5,039 nucleotides of DNA from NCBI RefSeq assembly GCF_006345805.1, contig NW_021830132.1, positions 1 to 5,039 of the forward strand, written 5' to 3'. The stretch's first letter is position 1. Each line of letters opens with the position of its first letter. The stretch is from Octopus sinensis (lineage: Eukaryota). Position numbers and translations under genes: made by a program. The notes beneath the pieces are model-generated. The model saw only the letters and a program-made list of their open reading frames with translations, had not been told where the DNA came from and searched no databases. This document shows, one piece after another, positions 1-5,039 of the stretch.

Positions 1-415
1 AGAAATTCAGTTAGAAATAGAGAACTATAATTATTGAATTATACATAATGTTGTGGTTTACATTCGGGGCTTCAAGTTTCTCTGTAAAAGATACGATAAT
101 CGTCGCACTTCTTCAGCTGCCGTAAAACTAGCGCACATGTTACCTTCGATTACAAATACGAAAGTCTACCCAACAAAAATATCCAGACGACATTCGGTCT
201 TTTGTTCGTACAAGGATCGTCATAAGATTTTGCCTGAATTGGACAAAACCACTTTTATGTTTCGGTTAAAGTAAAGTATAGATACAAATATAAAGTATTA
301 GAATAAAGAGATATATAAAAACCAGAATAGAAAATAAATATCTTGGGCATAAAAAATGAGAAAAGATGAAATATTAAGGTGTTATAAACTTGAGACCTCC
401 AAGAATAAAACTTGG

Positions 416-499
416 TGTATGTATGTATGTATGTATGTATGTATGTATGTATGTATGTATGTATGTATGTATTATTATGTATGTATGTATGTATGTATG

Positions 500-533
<34 letters not shown>

Positions 534-543
534 TGTATGTATG

Positions 544-609
<66 letters not shown>

Positions 610-630
610 CGTGTGTATGTGTGTATGTAT
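416..630. repeat. Compound microsatellite (TATG)n-(TA)n-(TG)n with degenerate 3' end
   Basis: Read directly: long TATG runs from 416 to ~546, a short TA run, pure (TG)n ~554-600, then mixed TG/TATG to ~630. It accounts for the MYVC/HTYI ORFs. Confidence 0.98.
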
Positions 631-633
631 AAA

Positions 634-1250
634 CAGATATGCAGGAAGTAAATGGACACCTTTAATTTTCAAAATTTCTTATCTAAGCGTCTTAAGATGT
701 TTTCAGCTGTGTAGAATTTACAATGTAATTATTCTTTTTCATTCCAGGTGCCATTATATTAAACATTTGCGAAGAGTACCCATGCCACGCACAAAAAATT
801 CAGCAGAACTGTCAGGTTTTCAAAGAAGTCGTATTGTTGGGCAATCTGAGGCTGGTCTTAGCCAGCGAAAAATTGCCGAAAATCTTCAAATTCCTCTTGC
901 TAATATTAATAGAATTATAGTGCAATTCAAAAGCCAAAGAAAAGAATCAACAGATTCTCGTTCAGGCCGACCTGAACCATCGAAAAGGAAGCTTCACTGT
1001 TTGAAGAGAATTGTGGAAACAGATCCCGTTCGAAGGCTTCTGACATTGCAAAACAGCTAGAAGTTAGTCCAAGAACGTGTGTTACAAATTTGCATAAGCT
1101 TGGGTATTATGGACAAGCAACTAGAAGAAAACCTCTCTTTCATCCAATTAATATCAAAGAAATAAATGGGCTAAGGAGATGCATGCAACGTTTCTCGGTG
1201 GCAAAATCTTGGCACTTTTCAAAATGGTTAATCCCATTTTTAGTTGTGTT
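634..1250 (+). mobile_element. Degenerate, truncated Tc1/mariner DNA transposon
   Basis: Contains a transposase remnant at 782-1181. The putative left terminus CAGATATGCAGGAAGTAAATGGACACC (634-660) resembles Tc1-type ends (CAG...AAGT...TGGACACC) and abuts a TA-rich microsatellite. No convincing right TIR was found, so both boundaries are approximate. Confidence 0.75.
782..1181 (+). pseudogene. Tc1-family transposase N-terminal DNA-binding region, frameshifted, without an intact DDE domain
   Basis: ATG782 gives [50 protein letters not shown]...SRSGRP (paired-like HTH plus GRP[R]-type motif). A frameshift at ~1027 (CCC/CGT) continues as [44 protein letters not shown] (second HTH, RRKPL motif). 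A second shift at ~1157 gives RNKWAKEM, matching the Tc1 'R.xWAKEH' segment. Downstream there is only a doubtful trace of W..FS[DE]SxF around 1199-1240. Confidence 0.9.
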
Positions 1251-1420
1251 TCTCTTCTTGTCTATTAGTCACTTCTGACGCAACAAGCGAAACCCTACTG
1301 AAGATATCACATTCTCCACTCCTACTGGGTCATTGTTAAAGGGTTAAGGACAACGTCGTTATAGGTTAGGAAACTACAATTTTTTCGAAGGAAGGCAGCA
1401 CTTCCGGTTGCCCTATTTTT

Positions 1421-1560
1421 CACCACCACTACCAACAAAGCATCATCATCAACACCAGCATCAACACCACAAACGCTGCCACCGCTGCAAACAGTCACCA
1501 CCACCACAACCATCACATCTATTATAATCATCACCGCTCTCACCACCATCACAATCACAT
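1421..1560. repeat. Degenerate (CAC/CAT/CAA)n trinucleotide low-complexity tract
   Basis: CACCACCACTACCAAC...CATCATCATCAACACCAGCATCAACACCAC...CACCACCACCACAACCATCAC. It produces the Val/Asp-rich minus-strand ORF 1322..1615. Confidence 0.85.
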
Positions 1561-1765
1561 TTGCATCCATCGCGTCCACTGGTTTGAGATAGCAGCCAAA
1601 TATCCCTCGAACCACAGCCTGCTGTCTTCAAAAGAACAGATTCAATAATAGAGTTTTAGATAATCTCACCATCATCAGGTTCAGTTCAGTTCAGTTTCTC
1701 GGAGCAAGACATTATGTTTTCAAAGACAAGACACAGAACATTAATAAACAGGTATTTTTAGTTTC

Positions 1766-1813
1766 CTCTCTCTCTCTCACACATACACACACACATGCAC
1801 ACACACACACACA
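1766..1813. repeat. (CT)n(CA)n microsatellite
   Basis: Read directly from the sequence. Confidence 0.95.
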
Positions 1814-1863
1814 TCTTCTCTCCACTCAAAATTCATTAAATTCTTTCCTTAGCGTATTCTTCT

Positions 1864-2286
1864 TATTTCTTATTTCTTTATTGCCCACAAAGGGCTAAAC
1901 ACAGAGAGGACAAACAAGGACAGAAAAACGGATTAAGTTGATTATATCGACCCCAGTGTGTAACTGGTACTTATTTAATCGACCCCGAAAGGATGAAAGG
2001 CAGAGTCGACCTCAGCGGAATTTGAACTCAGAACGTAGCGACAGACGAAATACCTATTTCTTTACTACCCACAAGGGGCTAAACACAGAGAGGACAAAAA
2101 GGACAGACAAGCGGATTAAGTTGATTACATCGACCCCAGTGCGCAACTGGTACTTAATTTATCGACCCCGAAAGGATGAAAGGCAAAGTCGATCTCGGCG
2201 GAATTTGAACTCAGAACGTAACGGCAGACGAAATACCGCTAAGCATTTTGCCCGGCGCGCTAACGTTTCTGCCACCTCGACGTCTT
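1864..2286 (-). mobile_element. Dimeric tRNA-derived SINE (full monomer 2286-2055 plus 5'-truncated monomer 2054-1864)
   Basis: Internal direct repeat with a period of 183-184 bp. On the minus strand: A-box-like TGGCAGAAACG (2274-2264), B-box GAGTTCAAATTCC in both monomers (2212-2200 and 2029-2017), body motif GCCTTTCATCCTTTCGGGGTCGAT...AAGTACCAG, and an (AGAAATA)2 tail (1877-1864). Flanking direct repeat CTTAGCGT[A/C]TTCTTCT at 1848-1863 and 2287-2302 (15/16) is the TSD. Resembles abundant octopus SINEs (recall). Confidence 0.92.
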
Positions 2287-2533
2287 CTTAGCGTCTTCTT
2301 CTGGCATCACCTAATTACCCACAATATAATTTAATGGAAATGTTTCATAAGTACTGAATGTATTTTAAGTTCGTGCTCTTCCTTTCTTCACAGCAATGAA
2401 TGAAACACAAAGCTGTTTTATAGACAGACTCGAATATCGCCGAAAACGGTGTTATTAGTACTACGCTGTCACCGAAACATCACCTAAACTATCCCCACTC
2501 TACGTCTATATATATGTTGTACATGTATGTATA

Positions 2534-2835
2534 GGAGGCGCATGGCCCAGTGGTGAGGGCAGCGGACTCGCTGTTGTAGGATCGCGGCTTCGATTCCCAG
2601 ACCGGGCGTTGTGTGTGTTTATTGAGCTAAAACATCTAAAGCTCCACGAGGCTCCGGCAGGGAGTGGTGGCGACCCCTGTTGTACTCTTTCGTCACAACT
2701 TTCTCTCACTCACTCTTCCTGTTTCTGCGATGGACTGGCATCCCGTCCAGCTGGGAGGGACACACACGCCACAGAAACCGGAAAACTGAGCCCATGAGCC
2801 TGGCTTGTCTTGAAAAGTGCAAAAAGAGAAGAGAA
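2534..2835 (+). mobile_element. tRNA-derived SINE, probably CORE-type
   Basis: Starts GGAGGCGCA. A box TGGCCCAGTGG (2543-2553) and B box GCTTCGATTCC (2587-2597, one mismatch) sit at tRNA-like spacing. CORE-like GTGTTTATTGAGCTAAAACATCTAA follows the head. There is a TGGAC...GTCCA hairpin (2731-2749) and an AAAAAGAGAAGAGAA tail. Candidate TSD GTATGTATA at 2525-2533 and 2836-2844 is low complexity. Confidence 0.88.
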
Positions 2836-3139
2836 GTATGTATATGTACTGTGGAACTGGTATGTACTACAAGTCCGTCTGTTAGTTATTGTACCTTATA
2901 CAGTATATTTAGAACTACATTATCAAGCACTATCTTCCTTATATAAGATGTTACGGTGGAATTCAGGGGAATTTAGCTGCTATTTTTAGTAAACTGAACC
3001 AGCTTTTTGGGACAATGCCATAACACTAATCACAAATAACACCCGCAGGTTGTAAGGACGGCACCAAGTGTAGGTATTTGAGGTTATTTCTGCGTTCTTA
3101 ATATCCTTCTAGTTAAGTACAGTTTGTGTGTATGTGTGT

Positions 3140-3665
3140 AATGGATACGCCATTGTGGCTGCGAATGCAGAGCGGCGTCGCTTGGTGTTTGTATACGGAG
3201 TTTGCAGAACTTGATCTCACAGCGCATGCGCGTTGGACATTATATTTCCAAAGTATGAAACTCACACACACGCACACACGCTAAGTAAAATAAATTTTTT
3301 AAAAAATAATTAAAAAAATTAAGACTTGTGTACATATCTGATTATAGCTAAAAAGACATTCTTATTTAAGCTCAAGGTCTTAGGTCAGAATTTCCTCTTT
3401 AGCTTTCTTTTTGTAGGGAACGCACTACAGTTGAGATTACGTGACAAAAAACAATATAAAAATGAAAAATAAAAATAAGAAATAAAAATATAAAAAAATA
3501 AAAAGTGAGGAAAACTATCGGTGACGTAAGTAAAACGAATTAATTAGCCTCATCCTGGCTTTCTGGAAAAATAAAACAGGAAAAAAAAAACAATAATATA
3601 AGAATGGAACCCAATAATGGACACAGTCCGCCGATAAAGTACTTTCTTGTATTTTGGCGCCGAAC
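3140..3665. promoter_or_regulatory. Candidate Pol II promoter/enhancer motif cluster
   Basis: Locally CpG-rich unique sequence at ~3145-3235. Motifs: NRF1-type GCGCATGCGC 3222-3231, YY1-like CGCCATTGT 3148-3156, DR1-like AGGTCT-T-AGGTCA 3375-3387, bZIP-like TTACGTGA 3437-3444 and TGACGTAA 3522-3529, CCAAT 3611-3615, E2F TTTGGCGC 3653-3660. These are motif matches only. Confidence 0.3.
3446..3504. repeat. A-rich low-complexity tract, degenerate (AAAAAT)n
   Basis: Read directly from the sequence. Confidence 0.8.
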
Positions 3666-3745
3666 TCAGTTAAGGCTTAGAGAAATTAACGCAAAGTAAA
3701 ATAACACAGCGAGTTGTTAAAACTGAATGATCCACACAGAGGGAC

Positions 3746-3766
3746 TACATACATATATATATATGT

Positions 3767-3834
<68 letters not shown>

Positions 3835-3871
3835 GTATGTATATATATATATTATATATATATATAATATA
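3746..3871. repeat. (TA)n microsatellite with TACA/TATG interruptions
   Basis: Read directly from the sequence. Confidence 0.98.
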
Positions 3872-3928
3872 AAGGATTTGGTTTTGTAACTCTTTTTATA
3901 ATTTCATTTTTTTTTACTTTGGGTTTTT

Positions 3929-3992
3929 CTCTCTCTCTCTCTCCTCTCTCTCTCCTCTCTCTTCTCTCTCCCTCTCATCTCTCTCTCCTCCT

Positions 3993-4027
<35 letters not shown>
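3929..4027. repeat. Imperfect (CT)n polypyrimidine microsatellite
   Basis: Read directly; the source of the Leu/Ser ORF 3919..4110. Confidence 0.97.
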
Positions 4028-4284
4028 GGGTTCTGTTGGAATGGCAAACATTCCAACTGTTGTTTTTTTTTCGTTTTTTTATTCTTACTTTTATTTTTAA
4101 TGTTTATTAAGTGATCTTCAGAATAAAAGAAAAGCTTCCCCTGAAAACTGTAAAATAATGGGAAAGAAATGCGTAGTTAAGTTTATTTTTGAACATTATC
4201 CAAAATAGTTTTCTGCCACAATTAACTGACGTAAAAAAAAGTAGTGGATGTAAAAAAATAGCAAATAATGATGAATAGAACAAG

Positions 4285-4838
4285 ACATTTGGCGTTGTAG
4301 AAGAGGTAGACTACTCCAAGGTAGACTTTTCCATTAAACAGATATGACGTGCTAGAACTCGTAGAGCACTGGCTAAGATAGTTAGCGTTAATTTAGTCGT
4401 GTCTGTTCATGTTCTAAGTTCAAATTACTCCAAGGTAGATTTTGCTATTAAACAGATATGGCGTCGAGCACTCCAAGGTAAATTTTGTCTTTAAAAAGAT
4501 ACGACATACGAGAATTGGTAGAGCACCAGTTTAACTAACTTGTGTCAATTTTGTTGCATCTTTTTGTGTTTTAAGATGAAATCACTCCAAGGTAGACTTC
4601 GCCACGAGACAATTATGGTGTTATAGAACTGGTAGAACGCCAATTAAAATGACGTGTTAATTTAGTTATGGCTGTTCATGTTCTAAGTTCAAATTACTCC
4701 AAGGTAAACTTGGCCATTAAACAGTTATGGCGTAATAGAACTGGCAGAGCACAGTTTAAAATCGCTTGCGTTAATTTAATTGTATCAGTTTATGCACAAA
4801 GTTCAAATCACTCCAAGGTACACTTGGCCATTAAACAG
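4285..4838 (+). repeat. ~114-bp degenerate tandem repeat derived from a SINE 5' head
   Basis: ACTCCAAGGTA occurs at 4313, 4427, 4470, 4584, 4696 and 4810 (spacings 114, 43, 114, 112, 114). Units 4313-4426 and 4696-4809 match at 89/114 ungapped (hand count). Segment 4411-4445 matches the reverse complement of SINE 2183-2217 at 28/35. Confidence 0.9.
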
Positions 4839-4877
4839 TAATTAATCAGCGTTTACGATTTAACTGAGTAAAACTAG

Positions 4878-5039
4878 TCCTCCGTCAGTAACGACGACGA
4901 GGGTTCCAGTTGATCCGATCGAGGGAACAGCCTGCTCGTGAAATTAACGTGCAAGTGGCTGAGTACTCCACAAACACACGGGCCCTTAACGTAGTTCACT
5001 GGGAGATTCAGCCTGACACCGAATGTGACAATGTTAGCC
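4878..5039 (-). mobile_element. Probable 3' part of another SINE-like interspersed repeat, running off the window
   Basis: Abrupt GC-richer segment with a stem-loop GTTCC-AG-TTGAT-CCG-ATCGA-G-GGAAC (4903-4928). I recall ...CAGCCTGCTCGTGAAATTAACGTGCAAGTGGCTGAG... as a high-copy octopus repeat. Its head is not in the window, so class and strand are inferred. Confidence 0.5.

Noticed and set aside
53-274. 73-aa ORF
   Set aside because: GTG start, no recognisable domain and no convincing splice signals.
630-641. TAAACAGATATG shared with array units (4335, 4449)
   Set aside because: An AT-rich 12-mer with no flanking similarity; probably chance.
255-672. ORFs 255..659, 390..632, 412..651, 475..672 and the first 142 aa of 356..1060
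   Set aside because: These are largely translations of the stop-free TATG/TG microsatellite.
1266-1295. Hammerhead-like GTC...CTGACG...GAAAC
   Set aside because: The core reads CTGACGC rather than CUGANGA, and stems I-III cannot be formed convincingly.
1322-1615. Val-rich 97-aa minus-strand ORF
   Set aside because: Artefact of the degenerate CAC/CAT repeat.
1938-2946. ORFs 1938..2291, 2506..2709, 2609..2797 and 2680..2946
   Set aside because: They lie within or overlap SINEs. The internal repeat in the 117-aa ORF only reflects the SINE dimer.
3315-3340. Possible right TIR of the Tc1 element (CATATCTG at 3333-3340)
   Set aside because: Only 8 bp match the reverse complement of 634-641, and the diagnostic GGTGTCCATTTAC part is missing.
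3919-4110. Leu/Ser/Phe-rich ORF resembling a membrane peptide
   Set aside because: Translation of (CT)n and T tracts.
4345-4820. Tandem tRNA gene cluster
   Set aside because: A/B-box-like motifs are present, but I could not build acceptor or anticodon stems. The sequence matches the SINE head better.
4313-4838. CRISPR-like array (invariant repeat with variable spacers)
   Set aside because: The 'spacers' are homologous to each other (one pair of units is 78% identical) and ~100 bp long. The repeat is only 11 bp and non-palindromic, there are no cas genes, and the context is eukaryotic.

Overview
AT-rich, repeat-dense eukaryotic non-coding DNA. The microsatellite load and SINE bodies resemble cephalopod (Octopus-like) genomes; this is from recall, not a search. 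No intact protein-coding gene is supported, and nearly all listed ORFs are microsatellite or SINE artefacts. The window holds a decayed Tc1/mariner transposon (paired-like HTH, GRP motif, second HTH, two frameshifts) beside a compound TATG/TG microsatellite. It also holds a dimeric tRNA-derived SINE on the minus strand with a 16-bp target-site duplication, a second tRNA-derived SINE on the plus strand, a possible Pol II regulatory motif cluster (~3140-3665), several microsatellites, and a probable third SINE cut by the window edge. The most unusual element is a ~114-bp tandem array (~4285-4838). It is built from the Pol III promoter head of the same SINE family found at 1864-2286, and it keeps one 11-mer (ACTCCAAGGTA) invariant in all six copies.
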